Positions 25,640 to 37,730 of a stretch of DNA of 64,000 bases are shown here, in pieces. The DNA is from Neoechinorhynchus agilis (Eukaryota; Animalia; Acanthocephala). The position numbers and the translations under genes were made by a program. The notes under the pieces were generated by a model, which worked only from the letters and a program-made list of their open reading frames with translations, did no database searches and was not told where the DNA came from. The stretch is from the NCBI GenBank assembly GCA_051530055.1, contig CM121342.1:16011480-16075479 (forward strand), in the 5' to 3' direction. Position 1 is the first letter of the stretch. Each line of letters begins with the position of its first letter.

Positions 25640-27000
25640 TATTATTTAGTATAGATTTTCCCAAAACGTTCCCGAGTACGATGTTTTATTTTGTTGGAAT
25701 TTTCGGCGCTTCACGGCTTCTTCGGGGACTCTCCCTCGCTCTGAAAAGGTCAAAAAAGGGCTAACATTATTGTGGTGGCTAACAAAATGGGTGGCTAACG
25801 GTGCTGACGCGTACGAGAATTCTATCATGGACAGCATACTCTCGGATGGATCAGCATATGAACTGGAATCGAAGGATGGTTGCATTGACAAAAGAAAGGA
25901 GTTAAATGCAGCGCTGCAAAAAGTGGTCTCAGTGAGAGGATTGATCCATGGGAAACATTGAGGTTACTAGAGAACAACCACGTGACTACCTACCGTTCCT
26001 CAAGATGATCTTCAGAGTAGACGAACCAACTCAAAGAGCCTGGTATAGGAAGTTATGTAAAAAGGACATTGTCCTACATCGGGTCTCACATCACCCATGG
26101 GCGATTAAGCAGGCGATTCTAGGAGGCATGTTGAGAAATGCTAGATTATGCTCGACAACTAGACAGAGCAGATTAGATGCAGAGGAACGGATCCGTGGTA
26201 TTTTCGCAAGCAACGGATATTCTACACAAGAAGTAGACCGGATGATTGACAGGGCAAACAACCGACGAAATCGGAACGATCGATTTACCACTGTTGAGAA
26301 TTCCGTATATATCCGAAGATTTCACATGGAACGTGAAGCGAATACTTCGGGAATGCCACGTCAGAGCTGGGGTTGTGCATATGACCGGTCCTTCCTTAAG
26401 AAAACTTCTGATGGGGACTAATCACCACGAGGATCAGGAGAATTGTCCAAAAAAGTGCATTATGCGCACTCAATGTCAATTGGACAATGAAGATGGAAGA
26501 CGAAGACCGAAGGCATCCTGTATGATGAGCAACGTGGTATGCCGGATCACATACGGCAATTGCAAGGACTAGGGGAAATCCTGCTGCTACATTGGAAAGA
26601 CGGAGCGGAGGCTACACCAGCCGGTAACTGAGCATTTCTGTAATGCACGTAACCCGCACGCACCGTCGTACGCGTCAGCACTGTTGGCCACCCATTTTGC
26701 TAACCACCACAATAATGTTAGCCCAGCCTTAGGGGTGGGGGTTCTCTACAAGGCATCTGATCCTGTAGACCTTTTGCATTGCAGAAGCTCTACTTATTGG
26801 CCGTGGAGGAGTAGCAGGGCCGGGGGCACCTACTGATGGGTCACTCAATCAGAAGGATGAATTGTCAGACAGTTTATCACTTTTCTGACAATTTCAGAGG
26901 GAGAGTCCCCGAAGAAGCCGTGAAGCGGCGAAAATTCGAACAAAATAAGACATCGTACTCGGGAACGTTTTGGAAAAATCTATCTATACTAAACAATGCG
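25640..27000 (+). mobile_element. 5'-truncated Penelope-like element with inverted 5' pLTR copy
   Basis: YLPFL...YRKLC...HRVSHHPWAIK...SNGYS, LRIPYISE, and GIY-YIG remnant SNVVCRI...CYIGKTERRLH. 25640-25840 is a reverse-complement copy of about 26650-26700 plus about 26895-27000. Confidence 0.85.
26909..26937 (+). ncRNA. Variant minimal hammerhead-like motif in pLTR
   Basis: CCGAAGA-A-GCCG-ugaag-CGGC-GAAA-AUUC, with palindromic AAUU stem III. Stem I is imperfect. An inverted degenerate copy lies at about 25695-25730. Confidence 0.45.
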
Positions 27001-27410
27001 AGTACGCAACAAAGATGCCTTCCATCGATTGTTTATTATTTAGAAACGTATTTGAACAAAATAACATTTAAAGCCACGATACTTTTTCCCAACGAACGAA
27101 TATGTCAAATGTGTCAATTTGTAAGATTCAAATTTTTTTAATGAGTCTCGTTCATTTGAAAAATTGTTTCTATCCGATTTTTAGCCGTTCAGTTATCGAA
27201 TTAGAAAAGATTTGTGGGTAACATTTTTGCCAATGCTTACCCAAATTTAATCTCGCTTTATGGACTAAGCTATTTAGCGTTGATGAGTGTAAGCTCTTCT
27301 TTGACAGAATCCATCTTTATTTTTCAAAATCCAAACACGCGCGCGCCTATTTTGCCAAAAAAAATTATTCGCAAAGGACCATGTGAGAAAGACTGAGTCA
27401 ATCAAACGTT

Positions 27411-29828
27411 TCAATCATTGCCGATGGCTGTCCATTTATCCACTTTGGCGGTCCAGTCGACGGTGTTTGCCCATGCGAAAGGGAGAGTGGAGCAGAGTCT
27501 CAGGAAGGTGCATCGGAAGCTCTGGCGTTGTTCGGGCGGTCGTCCTCTAGAATAGAAGACTAGACCAGATATGGCCCACGCGTTCCATATAGATTTGCTA
27601 GACTTAAGATTGAGGCCTAGTCGGGCAGCACGCTTTGCTTTGGCATTAGCACATTTGAAGAGTCGTTTCATCTTATTCAGGTCAGCCGAGAATGACAGAT
27701 TACTACTGAGGGTAAAGCCCAGAATGTTGAGTCTATGAAAAACCGGGAAAAAATCAAGGGCGAAAAACCTCTTGACAAAGTCTCTAATGTGTCGCTTACC
27801 AACGACGGATTTTGATTTTATTAAAAACTTGGTCTTATTATTATTTAGTGCAAGCCCCATGTGTGGAAGTTTTTCTTTTAGGAAATTGAGAACTGCTGCA
27901 AGCTTCTTTTGAGCTTGTACATAGTTGCCCTCTTTTATAACCACGGTGAGGTCGTCCGCGTACATGGTGATTGAACGACAGATTTTACAGTTTTGAACAA
28001 TATATTGGGAGGCTAAGCAGAAGAGAATCGGTGATAAAGGAGAGCCTTGGGGAACTCCTTTAACCTGATAGTAAACCAAGCGAGCGGGATCATCCGAGAA
28101 GAAAAACCGTTTGGACTTCAGGGTATTGTGAACCCTAGCTATGTAATTGAAAGGAAAGTTAAAAAAGCGTAAGATATTTAGGATAAAATCGATATTAATA
28201 TTGTCAAATGCCTTGCTGATATCAAACGAAATCAAGATATTCATGGCACGACGGTTCTGTCCAAAATTACGTATAATTTCGTTCATAGCGGAATGAACTG
28301 ATCTGCCGGGAACGAAACCATGGCATCGTCTATCGATGAGATCATGCTCACAGGAGAACTCGACAATCCGCTTTGCCAAGACTCTCTCATAGATGGAAAC
28401 CAAAGAGTTTTGGATAGAGATTGGTCTCACATTTTCCGAAGAAGATATTGATCGAACCTTACCCTTGCGTAGGAAAATCCTTTTTGAAATATTAATTTCT
28501 GACCATTCTTCAGGAGAGGCTAGTAGCATGACACTGGCCAAGGATGCTATGTTATCCCTGCTCAAAACGTTGGTTGCTTTAAAACAGGCTGAAGAGCCGT
28601 TGCATGAGGTGAGGTTCTTAGAGGTCCACCACTGTAAAAAATCCTTTTTGGTAAGATCAATTCTCCGTGGTTTGGGAAGTATGAAGTTGGTGGCTATGGG
28701 GATCGGACTGGCCTCATTCGAGTGTTCGGAACAAAGCGCCCTGATGACTGTATCAAAGCCTGAAGATCTAATCCAGGCTGCAGCTGCCCTTTTCCAGGGG
28801 AAGGAGCGTTTCCGGTTTACAACTCTCCACCATTCCGATGAATGGGGTAGATACTTGCTGATCATTTTGCGATCTTGGGCGATCTGGAATCTGACCTTGC
28901 ACGGCCAGTAAAGAGATGACCAAAACTTACAAGATCTAGTGTCGCCCGCTGCCTTAGCTTTAAAGAGTTCCCTACCATAAAGGGATAATAGGTTGGATTT
29001 CCGAGGTAATCCTACTGATCTCCTAACTGTGGTAAGGAAATTGTTACTAGTGTCAGCCAAAAAATTGTTAATATCTTTAAGCTCAGTGGATTTTGACCCA
29101 GAGAGATAAAAGCGGGTAGCAGCATTAAAGAGACTAACATTTAACCATCCCAATTTGAACTATCGCGATAACAGAACGTTCTTGTCGAGCTCCCAAGTTA
29201 AAACGTCGTGTCCAGCGACTTGGAATACAGAGGATTGAGAAATTAAAATAGGTTTGTAGAAGCCACTTTTTCGGTATATACACAGATCCAGGTACGAGGA
29301 TGAAGATCCGTCAGTAAAAGTAGGATAATCGGGCGTAATGAGGTTGTGGGATTCTCCAGAACGAATAATAGAATTGATCCATTTCTGCGAAGGATCATTA
29401 AAGTCGCCAAAACAAAAGTCAATACCTGACCCTAAGATGTTCTTCAAAATGGACTTATTGCGAGGGAGATGTATCTTATGGGGCCGGACATAGATGTTAG
29501 CTAATAGAAGTTTAGAGCCTTTAATACAAACTGAAAAAATTGAATAAGACAGATCATCGGAGGAAAACGATGTGATCTGTGTGGGACCGAGAGAAGGCAG
29601 GAAAAAAGACAGTAGACCTTGGGAATTGGGCGAATGAGGAGGGGTACAGAATAAGACAAATTGTTCGGTCAGTGAGCTTAGACCTTGAGGTAGGTCGTGA
29701 ACATTATAGACAGACTTGGACTCCTGAATAAAGATGATGCTGCACCGCCAGGCCTCTGAGAGCAGTCTATGGATACTAACCCGTCCGCCAGAGTTCCACT
29801 GCACGATCCTTAACTCCGTACTGAGCAT
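27411..29828 (-). CDS. LINE ORF2: apurinic endonuclease plus reverse transcriptase, with one in-frame TAG at 29160-29162
   Basis: APE motifs VQWN, IQES, NIYVRP, GDFN, YLDL, GHD. RT motifs RPISI, HGFVPGRS, FDISKAFD, GVPQGSPLSPILF, YADD. Confidence 0.88.
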
Positions 29829-31138
29829 TCTTGAATAAGTTTGTGAACTCCCGTTTCACAAACCTGAGATTGTTCTTGGATAATATCCCGAACGAAGAGT
29901 TCGTTCTCGTGCATCTCAACATCTGAGTTGGATAGGTTCGGATTGACAGGAGACGCTTTACGAACACGTTTGCAAGAAATCGGGCTGTCTATAGATCCGT
30001 GAGGAAACAAGTTGTCCAAACGTGATGTTATAGTAGCCATTAGGGCATCCAGATGAGAGGCCAATCTTTTCTCGATTCCTTGTATAGCCATATTTATTCG
30101 GAGATCTACCATCTGCATGATCTTATCCGAAAAGTGACGAAGTTTTTCGTCGATAGAAACTTCGTCCGGGGACGTTCGCTCAGAGGGCCATTTGTTCGGC
30201 GGTGGGGGAGCAGATTCATGGACTGCTATCTTACTTGGAGCCGGGCGTACTGATTTAGCACTGTTATTTGTGTATGTCCTTTGAGCCCAATTGAGATATT
30301 GTTTGAAAATTGGACATGATTTCGAGAAAGCACAATGTCCTTCCTTTTTACAGTTAGCGCAACATTTTAAGTCCTTCGGGCAAGTTGACGAATGGTGGTT
30401 CCGCGCACAAAACGCGCAAATGGACTTTTTAGTGGGGCATCTTTGGGACCAATGTCCCCAGGATTGGCAAATGCTGCACCGTGGAAACGTAAAGTCGTCT
30501 AATCTTGAAATATCATTCATTGAAAAATTAACTTCCATCCCCTGGAAGCAACATCTCTCCTTTATCAGTGCGTCCCTTCGGTCGGCTTGAGCTTTTACTA
30601 CCGCCTTGGGAATAAACTTGGCTGTACGAGCCGATTTGAGGAAGAATAGTATCTCGCATCCAAATTTGTTCTCGAACGATTTTTTATCTGCAGTGTCGAT
30701 TTCAGGAGACAATCCATTCACGAGAAAGGTTGAATTGTAGCTTGTGTTTATAATTTGAACTCCGGACGTGTCACAATTCGTTTCGATGAACTTGTGAAAG
30801 TTGCTTAGATGAAGATTACCATTGAAGTATATTTTTAATTGACCTGCGAAGTATGTAGTAGAGTTGATTCTTATGATGTCGTCGTTCAGCGTTTTAAGCC
30901 AAGGGGAAAGGTAGCGTTTGAATAGTTCTTCACGTGGTAGAGTGGGATTAGCTTTTAGAGTAATAACATTGGATTTCTTCTTCAATGGTGCCTCCAGGAA
31001 GATGAGTTCCTCGTGAGAGCTGCTTGGGTTGTTTGGTTTAGAGAGCAATAGCTCTCTTGTTGAAGACGATATAGGTATTTTCAGAGTATTGGGTGGCCGT
31101 TTGCCAACCTCCGCCGCAACAACAGGTTGCGAAAACAT
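29810..31138 (-). CDS. LINE ORF1, gag-like with three CCHC zinc knuckles
   Basis: CSICQSWGHWSQRC, CAFCARNHHSSTC, CANCKKEGHCAFSKSC. Confidence 0.88.
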   Translation of the reverse strand: MFSQPVVAAEVGKRPPNTLKIPISSSTRELLLSKPNNPSSSHEELIFLEAPLKKKSNVITLKANPTLPREELFKRYLSPWLKTLNDDIIRINSTTYFAGQLKIYFNGNLHLSNFHKFIETNCDTSGVQIINTSYNSTFLVNGLSPEIDTADKKSFENKFGCEILFFLKSARTAKFIPKAVVKAQADRRDALIKERCCFQGMEVNFSMNDISRLDDFTFPRCSICQSWGHWSQRCPTKKSICAFCARNHHSSTCPKDLKCCANCKKEGHCAFSKSCPIFKQYLNWAQRTYTNNSAKSVRPAPSKIAVHESAPPPPNKWPSERTSPDEVSIDEKLRHFSDKIMQMVDLRINMAIQGIEKRLASHLDALMATITSRLDNLFPHGSIDSPISCKRVRKASPVNPNLSNSDVEMHENELFVRDIIQEQSQVCETGVHKLIQECSVRS

Positions 31139-34100
31139 TGATAACCTTTTGCGCCTATTTTAACCTCAACACGCATTCTACATAACGCGTAACGTATCGA
31201 TCGCTTAACATCCTCTCCCCTTTGTCAGAAATTGGTCATATGGCAGCACTGGTCTTTTCCTCAGTCTTGTGCTCCGTCTCAAACTCAACTGCTGATTATT
31301 CGGATGATCGTTCGTATGGATCAGCGGAACGCTCACGTCGTCCTCGAGATTCGGAGAGGAGCCAATTGGAAGATCGTTCGTATTTATCGTCGGGACGCCA
31401 ACCTCTTGAATGTTCTGGCTACCCAATTGGTCTGTGTATCTCTGGTGAATACCTCCCATCGATCCATCTTCCACCCTTTTGTCTCCCACTACAGCATCCC
31501 ATTCTTTTTCTCTTTTCGTCGGTTCCTTATGTGCCCTCGATGCCAACTGGTTGCTGTCTTGGTCCTCCATCGCAACTAACCTTTTTCTCACGTGGTTACC
31601 ATGCACTCTTCTTGTTTCCCCGAAACTATCCTTGACCAAATATGACACCGGTCCGGTTCTTTTAATAACGATTCCCATCTCCCAATGATGATCCAAGCTC
31701 TTTTTGAACCATACGGACTGATCGGCTTCCATTATTCGATCTCCCAAATCGACTGGACCATCGACACTCTTTTCATGTTTGATGGGTTACAGATTATCCA
31801 AACTGCCTTTCAAACGATATCCTAGCAATTCCATTGCAGGTGCTACCCCTGTCGTTCCATGCGGCGCAGTTCTATACGCGAACAAGAACTCGTCCAAGTC
31901 TTCTTGAGTGATTTGCCCATCAAGCGACTTAGTTCTAGTCTTGAACGTTCTCACCATTCGCTCCGCGAGACCGTTTGTCTGGGGATGGTATGGACTCGCT
32001 CTCACGTGAATAATCCCTCTCTTTGCACAAAACTCTCGAAATTCGTCGGATCTGAATTGAGGACCATTGTCTGACACAATTTTTCGCGGAATGCCGAATC
32101 TTGAAAATATTTCTCTCAGTTTTGGTAACAGTCTTGATACCGATGCTTCTTTCCCTAATTTTAATATTTCGGGCCATTTTGAGGTAGCATCTACCACCAC
32201 AAGGAACATATCTCCTTTCACAGGTCCTGCCAAATCTATATGTAGTCTATTCCATCGTTCCTTCGGTGTATCTCACGGTATCAGGGGCAATTTCGGTACA
32301 TTAGGACGTTGACTCTGACAGCGGATACAATCATTCACTGTTCTTCTTATGTCGTCCTCGAGTTCGGGCCACCATATAACGTACCGGGCTACGGCTTTCA
32401 TTCCTTCGATACCCGGGTGCCCCTTGTTTAACGTGTCAATTGCATGTTGTCGCAACTTCTTCGGCAGTACTATCCTTTCATTGAATTTTATGATACTGTT
32501 TTCATAGGATAACTCTTCTCGTCTTCTGTGGAACGGTTTCTCCATTTCTGCTACTTTTCTAGGCCACCCTTGCTCCAAATACCTTCTAAGCCGCATTAAT
32601 TCATCATCGTTAGCCGTTTCTTCTCCTACCATCTTCGGTGTCAGTTCACAAATGCCGGCTTTTCCTCGTATATCCAACAAAGCACCTTATCTTCTTGACT
32701 CACATTATTATCCGATTCTGCTTTCATCGGTAATCGAGATAGAAAATCCGCGTGCACATTACTCGTACCTCTGATGTACTTTACATCATACTCGGACGAG
32801 TGGGCTATTGGACATTTTTGTCAAATCTCTTTTCGTGCTGAGAATAAACTCTACGGCTTATGGTCCGTCTGAATCGTGAATCTTCGCCCATATAAAAATC
32901 TATGAAATCGCTTGACTCCGAAAACTATCGCCAATGTCTCTTTATCGATCGTTGCATAATGCTGTTCAGTTAATTGCAACTTCATTGATGCATACATTAT
33001 GGGTTTGGGTCGACCATCGGCAAGCTGGTGGTATAGCACAGCACCGACTCCCACATCGCTTGCATCACAAGCTAAAATGATTGGCCAATCGTCACGAAAC
33101 GGTTGCAAACTTTCGGAATTGTTCAGAGCCTCTTTAAATTTTCCGAATATGCTTTGTTCTAATTCAGTCCATATCTATGTCGCTTCTTTTGTTAACAATC
33201 GATACAATGGTTCAGCTATTCCTTGTAGATTTGCAATGAATCTTTCGTGAAAATTTATCATCCCAAGAAAACTTCTCAACTCTTTCTTGTTAGACGGTGC
33301 CGGCGCCGTCTTGAAGCGTATACCCGAGGAAGTCCACTTCGCTCTCGAAGAATCTGCACTTTTGAAATTTAACATTCACATTCGCATTTTCTAAACGATC
33401 CAAACCCGATTCCAAATTTCGGAGATGTTCTTCATCGGTCTCACCTGTGATAACAATATCATCCAAATACGCGTCTACATTTTTCAATCCATTCAGCAAC
33501 CCATCGATCCACTCCTGAAATACCTGTGGCGCAACGGATAACCCAAATGGCAACCTTGAGTACTTGTACCATCCCCAAGGCGTTGAGATAGTCAATATGT
33601 GCTGACACTCTTCGTCTACCTCCATTTGAAGGTAAGCATCCGCCAAATCCAATATCGAATACTTTCTACCTTTCGCAATTTTACCAATCACATCTTCAAC
33701 GCTTGGTATTCGATATGTATCTCTTAGTAAATATCGATTGACGGAACTTCGAAAATCCCCACATATTCGGACTCTTCCCATGTCTTTTCTTACAATTACA
33801 ATAGGCGTTGCCCATTCCACATCTTATCTGATTACTGAGAAGTCTGTCGATCTCGTCTTTGACCACCTTTTCTAGTGCCAGCGGAATCCTACTAGCGCCA
33901 CATCGTATTGGAAAGGCATTTCGTCCCACGTTAATTCTCGCTTTGAAATTCCTTATAGGGGTTTGTTTTTGTTTGAACACTGCTTCATATCGACCAACGA
34001 TCTTGTCCACTCTGCTCTTCGTATCCAATTTCAGCGTATTTAGTCTGACTACATCGGGCAATTTCAATTTGAAAACACTGATCCATGGTAAACCGAACAA

Positions 34101-35244
34101 GCAAATCTCCTCTCCTTGTATAACTGCCGCTCTCACTCCTTGAGTCTTTCCATCCACATTCACCCAGATCAGACATTCTCCAAGATTGTTCACAGGTAAA
34201 CCTCCGTACGCTTTCAACACCTTCGGCGCTGTTAAATGTGGTTTTCCGATCGACTCTCAAACTCTTTCACTGATCGTACTCGTTTCTGCACCGGTATCGA
34301 ATTGCATCGGAAATATCTTACCATTAATTACCACATCAATTACGGCATTTCTTTTATTTCCTTCATAATCTTTCTCGATCTCTGCAATTTTCCATTCTCT
34401 GTAATTGCTCTCCTCAACCTGCTCTGCAATGCTCATTCTTGGTTCTTCGATTCTCTTCTTTCGACATAAAGTTCTCACATTCTTACCCCGCAAAAAACTC
34501 CCTTGTGCACATTCTTTGCATAGACTTCGGAGCTTCCAAGTGTGCATATTTGATCCTACTAACGCACGTCTCATCAGATATTGTCCCTTTTCCTTCTAGT
34601 ACCGCGCAAGCTTCCTCGGTAGCTTCCATTGCCTCAGCTATCTTAAATAATGCGTCCAATGATAATCCCTCCTGCTGCAGAAGCGTTTTTCTCAGAGCGT
34701 TGTTCTTCGTATGGGCGATTATCACGTCTTTAATTCTATCATCAGTCGCCGTTCTCTCGTCCACGATTTCCTTTTTGAAAAAATTACAGCCCCTTGCTGC
34801 ACCACGCAGATCTGCTACCCACTCTTTATGCGATCTATTTCCTTGTTGCAACGTGTTGAATTTGTATCTAGCTGACATCTCGAGATCCTTCTCCTTCAAT
34901 TGCTCTCCAAGTATCTTTGTTATCTCTTCGAAACTCATCGCTGCCAATTCTTGTGCTGCTGTAACCATTTTTAGAATCGTATACATCCTTGCTCCCATCC
35001 ATGTCAACAAGCAAGCTCGTCTCTTGTTCATCGCGTCCACTCCGCACGCATTTAGATGTTCTGTCAATTGTTCGATGTACTCGTCCCATGCCTGTTCATC
35101 CTTATTGTACTCCTTGAACACTGGAATTGACCCTCCTTCACTCTTATTCCCGCTCTGTCCTTTCAGAAACATTTCGATTGTCTTCATCTGAGAAGCCAAT
35201 AATTCCATTAGGTTGATTTTATCGGTTTTTCCCTCGTCGCCAAC

Positions 35245-35360
35245 TGTATGCTCTTCTTTGACAGGATCCATCTTTATTTTTCAAAACCCAAAACACGCGC
35301 GCGCCTATTTTAACCTCAACACGCATTCTACATAACGCGTAACGTATCGATCGCTTAACA
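35245..35360 (-). repeat. Gypsy 5' LTR (116 bp)
   Basis: Matches 27288-27353 plus 31151-31210 (split 3' LTR) with about 3 substitutions and 1 indel. Confidence 0.9.
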
Positions 35361-36291
35361 ATGAGGAAGCTTTAATTTCTAAGGTTTTTATCGACAACAC
35401 CGCTCACAGAAACACAAAGTCAGCCTGTATTAAATATAATGATTTGATTTTATCCTTACCTGAGAAAAAATCTTGTCCTCTGACGCCATTCGAATGGATC
35501 CTTTGCCCAAAAAGCCTTATATCTATCGGTTGGGAATGAAATAGCTGCCATTAAGATTTTCACGATTTGAATCATTATGTAGCTTCCAGCATGAATGAAT
35601 CTGAGCAATAATAAGCTCGTAATAAAGATTGGAAGATGACATATCCTGGGTATCTCATCGAGGCTGTACCCGTAGAGGTGGAAAAAGTTGATGATGAATT
35701 GCATTATGGAGCATTTCTATTTTACGGGAAGCGAGTTATAACTTAAATCATGGCGAGAATCGTCATTTTGGAACAATGAATTCGTGGGTGTTCATTGCGC
35801 TATGACTTGTCTTGTGTTCTAGTTATGTTATTGTAACTTGGAGTGAGATGCCCTCACTGAATGTGAGCAAATCTACGTTCTAATGTCATATGTGAAAAAA
35901 ACGGTGAACCATTCTCTTTGTTTTCGAAGTCAATCTTTAACGGAGATGTGCTATTCGAGAATCGCACACAAACCAACTTCAGATTGGTAATCTTAAACGA
36001 TTAATGTAACTGGTGTCCCTCTCAACAGACTACGAATGGGTGTTTTCTCTACTTATGTATATAGCCGTTTTGTCAACAAAATGGGGTTTCTAATATGAAA
36101 ACGAGGTCTATCGTACCTATTTGTCAACATGGCAGCGAAGGAAATGCCACTTATAAGTAGCAGCATCGCCTGATGAACTGGACATGTTTTCGAGTCTTTG
36201 TTGCCTATTGCTTACACGAAGAATTTTTAAATTTTCCCGCACACTGCTTTTCTTTTTTTAAGGTGTTTTATATTCATTGAATAAAGTTCTG

Positions 36292-36757
36292 GACCGTGTG
36301 TCCATAATTCAGCCGTGTATGCAAGAAATAAAACATATCTACCAAAAGACTACCGGCAGAGCCACATATAAAATTTCTAAAAAAAATCGGAAAGCTTATC
36401 CAGGCTAAAGTGGCGAAGTTTGTACATTCCGCAGTTGTGCTGAGGTGGTCAAGTGGACTAATGCTCCTGATCCCATTTAGGGTCAACGGGTTTGAATCCG
36501 TTACCGCCAATGACGCACAACCAAAAGGGACGAAATATTGCTGAAGGGAGGAAACTCACTGATGAGTCCCGCCTCCTCGGGAGGTATCTGAGAATCTGGA
36601 GGAATGTACAAGCTTATAACCGTACGGTCTCGGGGCATTGAGTGCAGACCAGCGCTTTCCAACACCGAAATCGGTGGACTGTGTGTCCATTCGGCCGTGT
36701 ATGGAATAATAAAATATCTATCAAAAGACTACCGGCTGAGCCACTCATAAGAATGTT
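36292..36757 (+). mobile_element. Roughly 385 bp SINE/retrozyme-like unit: direct repeats, tRNA-like head and permuted hammerhead
   Basis: Imperfect direct repeats at about 36292-36378 and 36677-36757. A-box-like TGGTCAAGTGG (36446-36456) and B-box-like GGGTTTGAATCC (36488-36499) ending TACCGCCA, followed by the ribozyme. Confidence 0.6.
36527..36592 (+). ncRNA. Hammerhead ribozyme, non-circularly permuted (copy B)
   Basis: GGGAC-GAAA-UAUU...CUCA-CUGAUGA-GUCCC...GGUAUC^UGAG. Confidence 0.8.
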
Positions 36758-36799
36758 AATATCAAAATGTGTCGATATGTGAGGAGGTATCGGGGTATA

Positions 36800-37400
36800 T
36801 GATTAGAAATGTTATTTAGGTCGCTCTCACACGCGATTATGGTTTATTTTATTGCTACATTTTGTTAGCCATGAAGGCAGACTTTGTTTTTAATGAGGGC
36901 GAAGCAAATATAAATAATTTAATTTTGTTTAATATTTCGTAATCTACGTGGGACTTTTTCAGAATTGCTTAAGTGACCATGAAGTGAGGGCTGTTGTCTA
37001 CATAGTTTCTCGTAGAAAAATGCAGCAGCAATCGGATTGAACAAACCGGCAAGAATCTTAAGACGAGATTGGACGAACATAAGCAGTCTAAGATGCAGAG
37101 GGCGGTAACGTGGATGGGATAAATTATAACCAAACATTGGTTTTAGCGAGTGAACATCATAACTTTCGGTGCTTAATTAAGGAAGCCTTCTTAATCAAAG
37201 AACAGAAACTCGACATGAATGACCAATGACGAGGTTACAAACTCTGTCCTCATGGCTAACAAAATGTCGCAATACAATGAACCATAAGGACATTTGAACA
37301 TAATGAGCAGTCCTCCTTTTTTGGAACTGATGATGAACCCGACGCGGTTCAAAACGTCTTGAGTATATTTTTATAAGCAAATCTGAAATGGAAGCATTAA
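36800..37400 (+). mobile_element. Penelope-like 3' fragment with decayed minimal hammerhead
   Basis: GIY-YIG remnant KCSSNRIEQTGKNLKTRLDEHK, then CTGATGA-T-GAACC-cgacgc-GGTTC-AAAA-CGTC at 37327-37358. Confidence 0.7.
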
Positions 37401-37730
37401 GGTTTAAAGACGATTTTGCGCTTGCATCGTCGAAAAGAAACACCGATCTGAGCTGATCATTAAGACACCAATCGATTTTATAGCTTTACTTAAAAGTTTG
37501 AGGATTATGGTTAAATACTTTATGTCTTCTTGAGGATTCTGGATATCCAAGATGGTAGTTATGTGTTTTCTTCTCAAATATCAACGCAATGGCAAGCTGG
37601 GTAGTGTGTTTCTCATTGGGTAAATTTTTCATGAAATGCATCATAAATCAATTTTCGAGAATTTCCTTCCTGATGCAAACAATGAGCAACGCGCTCTCTC
37701 TTTAGACATGCATTTGCGTTTCCGACTCAC

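Larger units (their letters stand above)
27354..31150 (-). mobile_element. APE-type non-LTR retrotransposon (gag-like ORF1 plus APE-RT ORF2), near full length
   Basis: 11 bp TSD GCGCCTATTTT at 27343-27353 and 31151-31161. Both ORFs are essentially intact. Confidence 0.92.
27288..35360 (-). mobile_element. Gypsy/Ty3 (Mag-like) LTR retrotransposon, degenerate, with a LINE nested in its 3' LTR
   Basis: 5 bp TSD ATGAG at 27283-27287 and 35361-35365. TG...CA LTRs, PBS TGGCGACGAGG after the 5' LTR, PPT AGGGGAGAGGA at about 31211-31221. Frameshifted gag, protease (MQFDTGA), RT (YLDDIV), RNase H (LACDASDVG) and integrase (HPG, VVVDATSKW, SDNGPQF). Confidence 0.93.

Noticed and set aside
28393-28911. 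172 aa plus-strand ORF and other antisense ORFs (34439-35191, 41632-42195, 56029-56355)
   Set aside because: They are shadows of real coding sequence on the opposite strand and show no family motifs.
36438-36509. Functional tRNA gene
   Set aside because: A and B boxes are recognisable, but the acceptor, T and anticodon stems do not pair properly. Interpreted as a SINE head.
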